A stretch of DNA of 64,000 nt. It comes from Bilabrum cf. latius (taxonomy: Eukaryota). Made by a program: the position numbers and the translations under genes. Positions 50,201 through 62,900 of this stretch are shown here, piece by piece. Location: the NCBI GenBank assembly GCA_965178125.1, contig OZ237742.1, forward strand, positions 1 through 64,000. The letters run 5' to 3'. Under the pieces are notes generated by a model that worked only from the letters and a program-made list of their open reading frames with translations, did no database searches and was not told the DNA's origin. How positions within the stretch are numbered: position 1 is the stretch's first letter; the number at the start of each line of letters is the position of its first letter.

Positions 50201-52672
50201 GCACTCGCAGAAAGAGAAGGTGCTTTCAAAGCGGCTGAAGACAGGGCAGGCCTCGGCGGAAGCGCAGAATCAGGTGCTGACATGTCAGTTGGTGCAACAG
50301 ACGTACGCGATTAGGTGCTGGTAGCTATGCAGCGGCGAATTGAGGAGAATCCACACATCGATGAAACCCGCCTGAGTCTGTCTAAGTCGCTTCGTCTCAT
50401 CGCTGGAAACACAGTGTTTGCCGAGCAGAGAGCTACAGATCCGCTTGTTGATGCAGATCACGCCGAGACAGAACAATCTCGAGCCAAGAACATGCTGGAT
50501 GGCCTCGTGAACAACGTGACAGTCGAGTGCGTCGTTAAAGGGTTTGGGTACGGTCTAGATGAGGCTAGCAGCGACCAATCAACTGGGGGAGTGAGGCTCC
50601 TATCCGTAGATTTGGATCAGCGGAAGCCCTTGAACGACCTCAGAGCTGCCATCGCGGACCAGCTCGGCGTGCACCCAGGTTCATTCAAGGTCATGAGGGA
50701 GGGTACCCACGGCCCATTCTTGACGAAGGCAGAGAAGGCAGATCTCGGCGCGATGCGCAAGTCGGAGTCAGACAGACTTGCCGAGTCAGCAGATGCAGCT
50801 AGCGCTGATGGCAAGCCGGCGTCACCATCAACTGGTTTGCCACCGCTCATGGCAGGGTCCTTGCGTGTCGGACCCGAGCTCAAGAATGGCGCGAAGAGCT
50901 TGGAATATTACGGCATGATGGGTGGAGGCCGAGTGCTGGTAAGGCGGGGACGGCCCTTGAGCATGGGGGAGTACTCGTTCAAGGTTGCTTTGTACGATGA
51001 AGCTCATGCCCTGAACCTCGCTGAGAAAACAAGTGCGGCGGGTCCTACCCAGCCAGCAGGAAGGCCTGTAAAAGGGCCGCGGCCTCAGCCGCGACCCCGG
51101 CCTCGACCTCGTCCCGCGCCGGGCACTGCGCGGCCCAGCCGCCCAGGCCCTGGCCCAAGCCATGAATCGCGTCCATCGCAGCTGTCACGATCACCCAGGG
51201 TCCGGCCTCGTCCGGGTGGTGGTCGGCCTCCAAGGGCAAGCGCTGGAGCGGCTGCACCGCAACCCCAAGTAAAGACCGGGGCATCCGAAGCCTTCATCAT
51301 GGTCTGCCGGGTTGAATTGAGCGGGGATACCCTAGTGCAAGATGCGAAGAGGGTAATTTGCGATGCAATCGAGGAAGCTGCGCGGCAGAAGGCAAGAGAT
51401 GTAGAGCAGCCCCTGCACGTGATGGGATCGTCGGGACCAATGCCTTTGCCCAAGCCCACGCATTGCAGGCTCCGCGTGGCCCAGGGGTCCAAGCTAGGCC
51501 ATGCGCTCGTGGACACGGGTTCCCTGTCATCTGGGTCTCGCACGCGCCTACGCGATGGCATGGTACTGATTGTGCAGCGCACTGCGGTGAAAGAGACCCT
51601 GCAGCAAGACGACGTCTTGCTTGTGCTGCGGAGGTGGATGGCCGCAGAGGCGCGGCTTGGCAAGCCGCACGAGGTATGCGTGCCTGGCAGGGCCACTTAC
51701 GGGGACCTTGCAGTCATCGCCCAGAGCGTCAGTCGGCTGGAGGTGGGGCTCGTGGAGGAGCCGTCTGACGCTGAGCTGGATGCTGAGTCCGAGCGGAGTA
51801 AGCGAATTGCGCAGGAACTGCAGGCTAAGCGCGAGAAGAAAGAGTCGGCCGCAGCTAGCTCTGCACCGCAGGAGCAAGGAGCCGAGGAGACAGGGAAGGA
51901 GACAGGTGGGACAGCAGGCGATGCGCCCAAGTGCCCCACGAAGGCTGGCGACTCTGCTGAGAACACCGCTCCTGTCGCTCGTGTGGCAACAGGCTCGGCT
52001 CATGACCCCGTGTCGACCCCTTGGGTGCCTGCCAAGCGGGTTCGGTTTGCCACTGCCTTTCAGTGGCAGCTGCGGGATGCGCAGGAGGTGGCCGAGCTGC
52101 GTCGTTGGGAGCAGCAGCCCCACCGCTCCTCGAGCCTGGCCGGGGCCCCTTGGAACATCAAAAGCGGAGACATCGTTGTGTTCAGGGACAGCGCCGAAGT
52201 GGACCTGTTGCAGGCCCGTGAATTCGACCCCACCCATGGGTTGAGGCCCTGGGCGGGGAGGAAGGACGTGAAGGGGGGCGCTGCAGGGGGGCCACGGGAG
52301 CAGGCGTTCCACATTTTGTCTGCTGAAGAGCGGCGGGAGCGCGCAGAGGAGCGGAAGAAGGAGGAAGACGAGGCTGCGCGCACCCAGTCCGCAGCTGCAG
52401 CTGCAGTGGCCAAGGCCAAGGGGGTTGGCAGCGCAGGGGGCGGGACCGGTGATGCCGAGAAGTCGGGTGAAGCTACTGAGACAGCTGCAAGCTCTGGTGC
52501 CGCGGTTGTAGATGGACATGACCTGGGCCGATTCGTTCGGATGCTGGCTGTTGGTGTTGGGGAGCGGCAGGTTGGAATCGCGATGGCTTCGGAAGGGCTC
52601 GACGTGGCCTTGCTCCATCGGGCAATCGAGCAACTTGACGAGGCAGCTGACAAAGGGAAGGAAGAGACTTGA
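47292..52672 (+). CDS. Ubiquitin-specific protease, USP47/USP40-like (peptidase C19), ~1,760 aa, intron 47560-47651
   Basis: Cys box [23 protein letters not shown][TAG=Q]HDVQE, His box [29 protein letters not shown], downstream UBL-like segments. Five same-frame track ORFs joined by TAGs; TGA stop. Confidence 0.92.
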
Positions 52673-52835
52673 TGTCTGGTAATAATAGTCCAGGCAATGG
52701 CCTGCAAGCAAAATAATCTGCGCGATTGAACAGCGTGCAGCTGAGCGAAGGTTCCCTGATTGTTCGCAGCACACGTGGTTGCTTGCTCTTCCTTTTCACG
52801 GACCTACCTGCAAGACCTTTGCCGCTGGAATTAAA

Positions 52836-55800
52836 ATGCTGCCGGTTCGTAGAGCAGTACAATCTGGAGCACTATGCCGAAACGTTTACACACGGTTCCG
52901 TGGACAATTTTCGCGATTGATGTCTTCCCAAGCTTCTAAATTTCCAGCCTTCTGGGGGGCTGCCCCAAGGGCAATCATGAGGCGGCACCACTCCCTCAAT
53001 ATCAATCGTAGTATACTGTTGGACCGATTGCGTGTGTTGCATCGCGATGACAAGCACTATCTTGCCGGCGTATCTGACTTGTTCCAGGCTATCTGCGATT
53101 CCATACTTGGTGCGCACTCCAGTAGCAGCGAGGCGAGTATTCAGTAGATTCTTTAGGCTGCAACGGACAAGACTTTGAATGACGAGCTATTGCGTTGGCG
53201 CGACGACCTGATAGACAGGCAACTCATAGGAAGCAAAGCACTAGGCCGCGTAGATGTGCAGACCGCGTCACTACTTCGGGTATTAGTACTTGCGCAGGCA
53301 GGCGGTAGCCCTTCCGCTGATGGTCAAGCGCAAGTTGGCACTCTGGCTCAGAGCATAAACGATGTCGCAGCCATCACCAGCTAGGGGTCACAAGATGGTC
53401 ACGAGGATCCCGTGTCTTCGTTCGGATACAGTCTTTCCTTTCTCAGTGCTTTGCGGCAAGGGCAGGGCAGCTCGTACACCCCGGGCAACATGTCACCTGC
53501 CATGTTTGCGATGGAGGCGTGCGTGCGAGCGACTGTGCTGTTGACCGGACTGGAGCAAGAGCGACGGGACAGTCGATCTGAGCAGCAGGAAGCCTCACAT
53601 AGAGCACATGGCGCGAGATGGGAGTCGACGGTTGAGAAGGACCCGTCTTGGACGCCTCGCTCCGGTCCAGCTCGCGAATTGCTGGATGACTTCACTGCCA
53701 GGCTGCGTGCAGGGCTGGCTAGGAGGCACCCAATCCTTCCTCACGATCAATCGCAGAGCATGGATGGGGCCGGGAATGGCGAGCATGCGCCCGCAGAGAT
53801 GACTACAGCGCGCCAATTTCTGCTGGAGGGCACCGAGACCATGCGTAATCTGTGTCTGGCTCGCATTGAGAGGCTGCTTCCCACTGTGTGCGATACCCCG
53901 TTCTTTGGCTTGCTGCCAGCGCACAGCGCAAACGTTTTGTTTGCTTGGGCCTTCGGATTTGGCGACGGGGCGACCGGTGTGCGAGGCGAAGAGGTGCGAG
54001 CGATTCGGATGGAGAGTCTGGAGAGCATGCTGGAGAGTCGGAGAGCCGAGATGGAGGCGTTCTACGACGAGCGAGCCAGGAGCCCGAACACCTCGACGGA
54101 GGCGATCGAAGTCGACAGAAAGATAGCACTAGACCGTCTTAACGCGGTGTACGAAGAAGCCAGGCAGGAGATTGAGGAGGAGGCAGACTTGGATGGCGAA
54201 TCTAGCGAGGCCTCAAGCATGACCACTGCCAGTGGCGATAAAGGAAAGGCGCGTCGGCACTTTGCGCTCTCGATTGCATGCAACGCTGCCATCATTGCGA
54301 ACCAACTTCGACCTCGGCTTGATGGAGCTGGCCTCTTCGAATCGGCTGGCCTGGTTCATCCCGAGGACAAGGAAGCAGCAGGCATCAGCAAGTTCGCCCA
54401 GGATGCTCTTGCCACAGTTGCGCAGCATGCAAGTATGCAGCATCTAGCAATGGCCGAAGGATCCCCTCTTCTAGGAGAGCCCATGCCGTTTTAGTTCGGA
54501 ACAGACAGTCCAGTGTATGCTCCAAATGGACAAGGCAGTGACTCGCGACAGCTGCGGGCCGCTGGCATAGCCATGGAGACGCTGCTTCAATCTCGCCTGA
54601 ACGTAACTCGTGAGCACTTGCGCCACCACGTGGTTCAAGCAGAGCTCCCTTTGGAGCGAGTGCCTCTGAAGGCCGTGCGCTCCGATGCGTACAGCAGCCT
54701 TGAAGTGCCAGAGCACGCCTAGGACCTCGCCGAGGACTTTGCCGACTAGGATTGGTCCGACTACCCTTTGGAATTCCGGGGGTGTGCCGATATATCCCAG
54801 TTTTGGATGCGCGTTGCGAACGTCTTTGGGATTGAGCTACCAGGGCCTTTGCTTCCGACAGCAGGCTGGAAGCTGATCAATATCGATGGCGCCATCTCGT
54901 CGGAGCAGGAAGGCAGCTCGGTGGCGAAATCTGTGCACAAGCATGTGGTCAGATAGTTCATTGAGAGCGAAGCGTCTTCTGCTGAAGAGTATGTGTTGGC
55001 AAAGCTGGCCCCGTGCGGCCGGACCATGTTCCATACCGTCTAGCATGCAATGCTTCTGCGATTACTGCTTGGATCCCTGTTGGGTCCAGGCAGCAAAGAG
55101 GTGCTCTAGTTTGAACGGAGGTGCTTAGTTGAGAAATGGTGCAGCGCAGAGGTGATCGGCCTGTGCCGAACAGCCGAGTAGGAAGTATTGCGAATTGGTG
55201 ACGACAACAGCGCTGGGGTTGAGTCTCGCTCACCCATCATCGAGTCAACTTTCCCCGGCTAGAATGAAGCCGCTGCTGCGACAGCTGCTCATGGCACTTC
55301 GGCAACGGCGGCGAACGATGGAGACGATGCAGACAGTGAAGATCTGCATGTTGGCCTGAAGTGGAGAGTGGCTGAGAGCAAGCATGGACTGCAGATCGCT
55401 ACGTAGTTGCTGCAGGGTTTCAAGACTGAGCAGGAAGTGACAGACACCAAAGCTCATGCAGAACTGCTTGAAATGCTGTCGCGTCCGTGTGAGGAAGAAG
55501 CAACGCAAGAGGTAGATTCTTCGGTATCACCACATCTGACTGAGTTGGGGGCCAGCGTAGGGAGATCCGAACACGACACCCGTAGTTCTGAGCTAGAACT
55601 CATGCTAGTTGAGGCCCGAGATGAGCTCTAGGGCATGGCCAACGACCTGAAGGATCCATACATTGTCGCAGTAGGCTACGCCTTTCAAAAGTTCGCTGAG
55701 GACGTTGCAGGATCTAGCAATGGAACGTCACCTGCAACCAAAACAGAGTCTTCTGTAGACCCTATTGCTCACGAAGGTGGGATCGATGGATCCAGTGCTT

Positions 55801-56522
55801 CCAGCGCAATCCCCAATAAAGACAGAGTTGACTCAGAGAAGGGTACTCGCGGGCTCATCCAAGGGCTTGATGCTGTAAACAAACCAGGAGTTAGCAAGAG
55901 GCTGGCAGTTCCACCACTCGGTCCAGACCACCGCATATACTCTGCCGTACATCTTGACGAAGCCCTTGCGCAGAATGTGGCAAGTCTGGCATGGTAGACT
56001 GTAGCGAGCGCATTGGGTCTTCCGGCATCTTCATTTGATGGCCAACCACTTGAGACTTCGGAGCAGGCGCAGTTCGATGAGCTGAAGCAGCTTGCGCTGG
56101 ACGAGGTGCGTGACACTGAAGACGAGGGGCTTAAAAAGGACTTGCAGCGTGCACTGTCCATTCAATTCGTCCCCGGTGTCACCAGAAGTAGAGGACCGCT
56201 CGTGTCGGACGAAATGCAGTACCGAGACACCGTGGTGGTTCGACCGGCTCGACTTGCCTCCGAGTTCGGGACTGACGCAACGACCAGTACTGCACTTGAG
56301 GTGCACCGTATTGAAAGTTCTGACGCAGCGGTTGGTGCGGGGGATGCAAAACAGTACAAAGCCCCTGTGTGGGTTCGGAACTTGTGGCACCAAGCTACTT
56401 TGGCGGCTGCGGACACCGTGCTGCAGCGCCGCGGCGTAAAGAAAGATCCAGAGAGCAGGCAAAATGATGAAATCGTCAACGGAGGAGCCAGTGAAGATGC
56501 TAGCCACGTATCTCGCAGGTAA
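52836..56522 (+). CDS. Large hypothetical protein (~1,228 aa) with mitochondrial-presequence-like N-terminus
   Basis: Eight same-frame track ORFs joined by about 14 TAGs with no TAA/TGA until TAA 56520. N-terminus MLPVRRAVQSGALCRNVYTRFRGQFSRLMSS is Arg-rich and lacks acidic residues. Confidence 0.8.
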
Positions 56523-56705
56523 GGCGGGTACCTGTTTCTCATCGGCTTGGGATGGCTGGCTCAAAGACGTCAACCAAGTGGTGGGTCTCTAAGCTTTTGC
56601 CCTCTGATTTTGGCCTATTCCTCGGGCAGTTTGACTTGAATTGATGCTATTCACATATTTGTACAGACGTTTTCGTGCACGCATGTAGGTGCGCGAGCAG
56701 CATCA

Positions 56706-56729
56706 GATCCGGAATCCGGATTCCGGATC
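56706..56729. other. Perfect 24-bp palindrome in a convergent intergenic region
   Basis: GATCCGGAATCCGGATTCCGGATC equals its own reverse complement. Confidence 0.85.
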
Positions 56730-56990
56730 CTCGCAGCATGCCGCGATATTCCACTTTGCTCCTTGCGTAGCCTACTGACACCGCACTATCGTCGCCTGTG
56801 CCGGTGCCCCCCTCTTATTCCTTTCCACATCCTGTCCGTCTGCGCCCACCTCGACTTCCGACTCATCTCTGCTCCCCGTCGCTTCGATCGTGATGTCCAA
56901 GTGTATGTACCAGGATTCGGAGCTAACTACGACTTGCTCGCGTTCTGACCTACTGACAGGCAAGCCCACCCCTTGAGCAACCAATGCAGT

Positions 56991-59900
56991 TCACTCCTTC
57001 AGCTTGACCGCGCCCCCGCTAGCTTGCATCTTGGCGTGGTTGAGTCGATCCCGCTTCAGCAGCCGCGCCACTTCAGCTGGCATCTCGGGCACTGTGTATG
57101 CCAGAATCATCCGTAAGAACAGCACGAAGTGCTCACACAGGAACACCACCAATATTCTCTGAGCGCTAGTCAGTGTGGGGAAGTACACGACAAATTGACG
57201 CGAGGCCACCGCAAGATGCGCGCAGTTCGTCAGGACGGCGAACACCGACATCACGTGGAGGACGTTGTACCACACTCCAATCCCTGAAGCCTTGTGCGCA
57301 ATTGGTCTCTGTGTGAAGTAACACAACTTGTATGCATCAGTACGCATCTCGATCAGGTTGTTGACAAGCGCGCACAACGGCGCAAGAGGGAATGCCCAGC
57401 TGAAGAACGTGACGTAGCCGAACTGAATGACTGCGGGGTTTGTGGCAGGCGACTGGGGTATTTATTGAGCGGAGTACTCGGCAGAGACTACGAGGCGTGT
57501 ACATTGAGCGAATATCGTCTGTACTCACGCATTTCAGCGTAGTCATTGAATGTGTCGTAACGAGACAGCCTGGACTCTGCCCATGCCTGCGACTTGGCGT
57601 GCCGGATCAACCTCCTGCCTCGCCTGCCCTCCGTCAGACCGCTGTCAAGAGCCCGCTGCACTTTGGCCTGGAAGCGACACTCTTGGTATCGACGCCACAG
57701 ACAGGGCAGCACAACTTCAAGAGCCGTGTTCCAGAGCTGGCCGACCACGAGGAAGACTGCGAGCTGCACGGTAAGCTGCAGTAGCGTTGAATGCGGCGCG
57801 AAGGCGTAATAGAACAGAGAGATGAAGCAATTCACGAACCGAAACGAGAAGACCTTGGCGATCCTATGGTTTCTGTAGTCGCTATGAGTCCTGTGATTCT
57901 CCCAGTCGTTCAAAAGGATGGCGAGCCTGCCAAAGATGAAGTCTAAGCAGGGGATGAGGAATCCGTACACCACTGGTGGAAGCAGCATGGCAACCCACCA
58001 ATTTGCATCTGACGAGTGCAGCCTAAACTACTCCAGTTGGCCAACAATCGGCGAGTCGTCAGGCTAGGTATGACTGCTTTCCGCATCTCCCGCACTGCTG
58101 TTGGACTAGAGCAACCGAGCTGTAGGTACGACAGGGTCGTCCAAACGGAGCCCGAGCAGGTACCTGGCGTGCGCAAATCCAGGCAGATCCGGTGCCCAGC
58201 TCCTACTCTCAGGCTTGCTTGCTGACCAAGTGGCTTCATCAAACAAACGACGGCTTCTGTGGTCATCCGTGCTCACTCCCGTGTTTCCGTTGGAACTAGT
58301 CCCGATGCCAAGTGAAGCCGCTAGCCCGTCGAAATCGAGAGCAGCTGCATGCAATCCTGTAGCATTGGCACCAAGACGCGCTTCGCAGATTTCTGTGTAG
58401 GATGCGAGACCATCCATGCACGCTTGCGTCTCAATGCGCTCCAGGATCGCGTCACGGGTTGTGAATACGAACAGCATGGCCACCACAACGCACACCATCT
58501 GGGTAGCCACGCAGGCAAGGCTGGCAAACACCTTGCAGGTTCTCCGCCAAACAGGGTACCACCGCATGACCTCTCCAGTGACGGGGTCGTGCCTCCACTC
58601 ACCCCGGAACTGTGGCCGCGTGACTTCCTCTTGCTCGTGGTTCAGCACGCCCCACTTGTAGGCAAGCTCATTGTTGCGCCTCTTCCAGCACTCCAAGAAC
58701 ACCATGCTCCACACAGCTACGAACAAGCTGAAGAGGGGTACGAAAATAACGTCGACCTAGTTCTTCCAAGTCTAGTACAAGAATAGCAGCACACCCGCCA
58801 CCGATGGAACGATCAGCCAATGCGTGTAGTACTCGAGCCATGCGAAATAGAACGCCACGGTCTCTCCAAAGTACGCAGCAATTCGGTCGAGTGGCTGCGT
58901 GAGCACGTTACCCCAGAACCGGCTGCAAGATCTCTGACACTTGCAGCAACACGCCGTGCAGCCGCAGAACGCGCGGAAGCACATGAAACCAAGGCAAGAG
59001 CCGCACGATGCCGGGCAAAACATGGTACAGCATGCTCTATCAACCGGCTCATGGTCGTGAAGCGGCAGCCCAGCAGCATCCGTCTGGTCCATGTCCAGCT
59101 CGCGCAGCTCGAGCAATGGCTCGCCACCGTTGTCCCCGCAGCTGAACTTGCACCCAGTTGGAGCACACGAAGCAACGTGGTATGATTGCGTCAGCTGACA
59201 TGTCAGTGCGTTCGCACAACCCACAGCGATCCGTTTCTGGCAGGCGTCACTCCTACAGCACCTCCTCATGTTGGCCTCCTCCTCGGTCAGTTCAGCAGCC
59301 AAAGCGGCTCCTCCCTAGCTAAAACGGATGGGACCTCCCCGCATGACGCTTTTTCGAACTGAGCTGGATGTGCTGGCAAGACTGAAACGGGCCATTCCAG
59401 CACCAAGGGCTAGAGATCTGCGGTCACGTCGAGCGCCAGCCTTTTTGGAGCTTGCATGATCGCCGCGGGAAAAGCAGCATGGCCTGGGAAGGCACACTGT
59501 TCCTGCACAGATTAAGATGAGTCCACATGTCGCAACAAGTAGCATCCAGGCGAGCACGTCCGTCCAGCACGAGGTGCTGTCGCCACACTAGCCCTCCTCG
59601 CTGCCAGTCTACGGAGAAGTATGACGACACGGGTGCTGGCAAATGCAACAGCAGAACTTGCACTGGCCAGAGGCTGCGGTCGAAGACAAAGCACCCGCAC
59701 GGTGGGCGTGTGGTACGGATATGCCGGCGGTGCGTAGATCGTCTTCGTGCACAGGGCCACAGCACAGTCCGCCGACGTCATTGTTGGCTGCTGTTTCCTC
59801 GCCATCTATCGGTGGAGCATCGGCAACAAGGCCGAGCTAACGGAGGATTCCATCGCCGGATCCTTCGTTTTGCTACGCTTGGAGCTGCAGGGGATCAATG

Positions 59901-62900
59901 AGCGATGGGCCGTCCGCGACAATGAGGGAGGTGCCGATCCTATCCAGCTCTGCGATGGCCTGTCGAGGGCGCCAGATGCACAGCCAGTCGTTTCGCAGTT
60001 CTTGCAGTCTGGCGTACATGTGCAGAGGAAACATGGCGACAACGTATGCACCGAGCGGGGTGTGCGCCCCAAGCTCGGCCCCACCTTCTGCAGTGCTTGA
60101 CCGCAGAATGTTGTTGATGAGCGTCTGCCTGTCGCTCGAATGAAACAAGCTGCTGCCACGACCCACGCTCTGCCTCGTTACAACGGTGAGGGTAACTCGT
60201 CTCCGTCCAGCAGGCAGACTCGAGAATCGGGGTGCCGCGGCTCCTGCAGATGGACTCTTGGTGGTCTCCACTTTCCCATTGATGGACCCCTCCGTTGTCC
60301 AGCTTTCTGCATCGTCCTCGATGATCGTTGGTAGGAACGCATGCCTGGTGCTGCGTCGAAACCGCGACCAACCGCCATCTCTCCGGCGCAGTCGGAGCCG
60401 GAGGCGCTCTGCCTCCTCCTCGAGTCTCCACTCCGGAGCACGGATCTTGATGAGCCACTTGCGCCTGGACAGCGATCGCACTCGCTTTGCTTTGAGGCCA
60501 GCCGCGCGGAGAGAGGAGAGGATCTCCTCACACTTGTGCGCATTCCGCAGGTCTTCCTCTTCTTCTTCATCGGGCTTGCGTCGCCTGCCAGCAGCGGAGC
60601 CACCGGGCCGATCGCTGCCGCGCCCCCCATGGCCTGGCTTGGTGCCCCCCTCCGTGTCCGAGCCCGCATCGTACCGCCTCGCCTTGCTAGACTTCACTCC
60701 TTCTGGCGTGTCAGCGAATGCCACTGACTTCTTTCCATGCGCCTCTCGCACGGAGCGCAACGCGCGGGAATTGGGCTTTGGCACACGAGGCTCAGAGTCT
60801 TCTAGTTTGTTCGACAGAGGCTGCTGGTCAACAGGAACAACGCTGCCGTGTCCAGGCTAGCTGGTGTCGTAGTCATCCGATGAGGCCGAGATAGAGTCAG
60901 AGTCACTCAAAGATGCACTATCGCTGTGCCGGATGCCATCTGCGAGCGAGGGCTTGCCCAGGAGAGAGTTGGTGCGAGCCTACGCCGATGAACCCTTAAC
61001 CATATCCGGAATGCCATCAGCATCATCTTCATCGCTGTCATCGTCTCGATCTGATAGAGGCAAGGAGGCCAGCCTTCGCGATGGGGTCGCTCTGATGTGA
61101 GACGGGTAATTCATCGGCTGCTTGCCGAACTGCATCACCATCTTGTTTGCAGCTGCAATCGCGTCGGCTCGACGTCGAGCCTGCTGCAAAGCAGCTACTT
61201 GCGCCTGGTCAAAGGCTACTCGCACAATAACTGCGAAATCATAAGAATCCTCGTTGAGGGCATCAGACCGCCGGAAGTGGGCTCGCTTGCGAGCAGTGTC
61301 CGAGTCTTCATCGCTCAGCGCGAGACCGCGAGACTGCCTGATTCGACGACGGCTGTCTTTCTAGCGATCAGGTGTCCCAGCACGACTGCTTCCGGTGGAG
61401 CCTTGGGAAGGCTTCTCCTCTTCGTCAATCACAATGCTGTGGCAAGAAGACTGCCGCGAGCGAGGACCGGTGATGTCAGAGGCCGACACGCCATCAACCT
61501 ACTAAGGCTGTTGAGCTGCTGCCCCCTGCTTCACGAGGGGTGATTTTCGCTGCCGCAAGCTAGACCCTACCTCTTGCACAGGAGATACTGGGGTTGCTTT
61601 CCGCAGTGAACTCTTGGTCGGCAGCTTCTCCTTTGGAACGGGCGCCACTCCAGCAGCATTCGCCTCGAAGGAATGCGATTCATCTCGGCGAAGCACATCT
61701 GCGCGGTCTGTTTCGCCAGTGTTATGACCGCCTAGGTCAAGCCCGACTTCCGGCACAACAGTTGTGCGCTTCTGGATCAGGATGCTGCACCTAGATACTT
61801 TGCCCCTCCCGTGGTCCTTCCTGAACCTCTTTCTCCATTTCTTCTCCTTCTTGGACATGTCATGTGACCCTACGTACTCAATACGCTCTTCCTCAACCTC
61901 CTCTTCAGTTCCATAGCCCTCCTCGTCTTGCTCTGATTCAGAATAGCTGGCACTAGCAGCGACCTGAGCAATGGCTGCAGGCGCCTCGCGGTCTGCAGGT
62001 TTCGCCCTACGCCTGGACATACTCCGTCCCATCTCAGGTGGGCGAGCAAGTTGATGGTCCTCTGAACCGTTTGAGTCAGGGACGCTGGGTAGTGGGGCAC
62101 TAGGAGCAGCCTCTCCTGGCATGATAGACCACCTAGCTCGACGCACAGTCCTTCGGACCTCGACATTGGCCGAGCCGAGCGAAGTGCCCGAGTCTGAATC
62201 GCTGTCGTGAACAGACTGAAACTCGGCGCTGCCATGGCTAGCATCAGAATGGCTCGCTACATCTACCAATGACTCCTGCCCCCTCGCAGAGAATACCCGT
62301 TTGCCCTCCACACTAGCCACGCTGCCTCGATCCTCCCTGTCGAATGCACTTGCAGCCTGCCCTGCCTCCTAGCCGGCGCAGCTGTCGATACTCCGATCAT
62401 CGTCGGTACACTGCACGTCATTATCGTAGCCAAGCATACCCCGTGGGGGCGAATTTCCGGTGCGCCCGTGCTTGTGATCGGAGACATCCTTCTAACGCCT
62501 GCTAAACGGCGCGCTAGGGCATGCAGCATCACCACTTCGATGCCCCTGCTTCGATTGACCGCGGCTCAATGCATTCTTGTGCCGAGGGGAGTCTAGTACA
62601 GAGTCATTTCGCCGCTTGGTGTCAATATCTCGTCGCCGCCTTGATTTGGACGAGACACCCACCTTGGTCCGCACACGCCTGCCCGCATCGGCCTGCAAGT
62701 GCACGCCGCTGTCCGGCACCCCACTCGTCTCTCTGCTGGCTCCCTCTCTCTTGTGGGTCGATGACCGCCTCGAGCGACTCCGATGCCGGCTAGACACCTG
62801 GCGGCTTTCGCTGGGAGTCGGCCTGTCGCTCGACTGCTGCAGGTCGGAGTGCGGCTGGCGCTGGCCTGTCTTGCGGCCTGCTCCGATCGCAGAGGTACCC

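Noticed and set aside
51548-52774. 408-aa minus-strand ORF
   Set aside because: Antisense shadow of the USP C-terminus.
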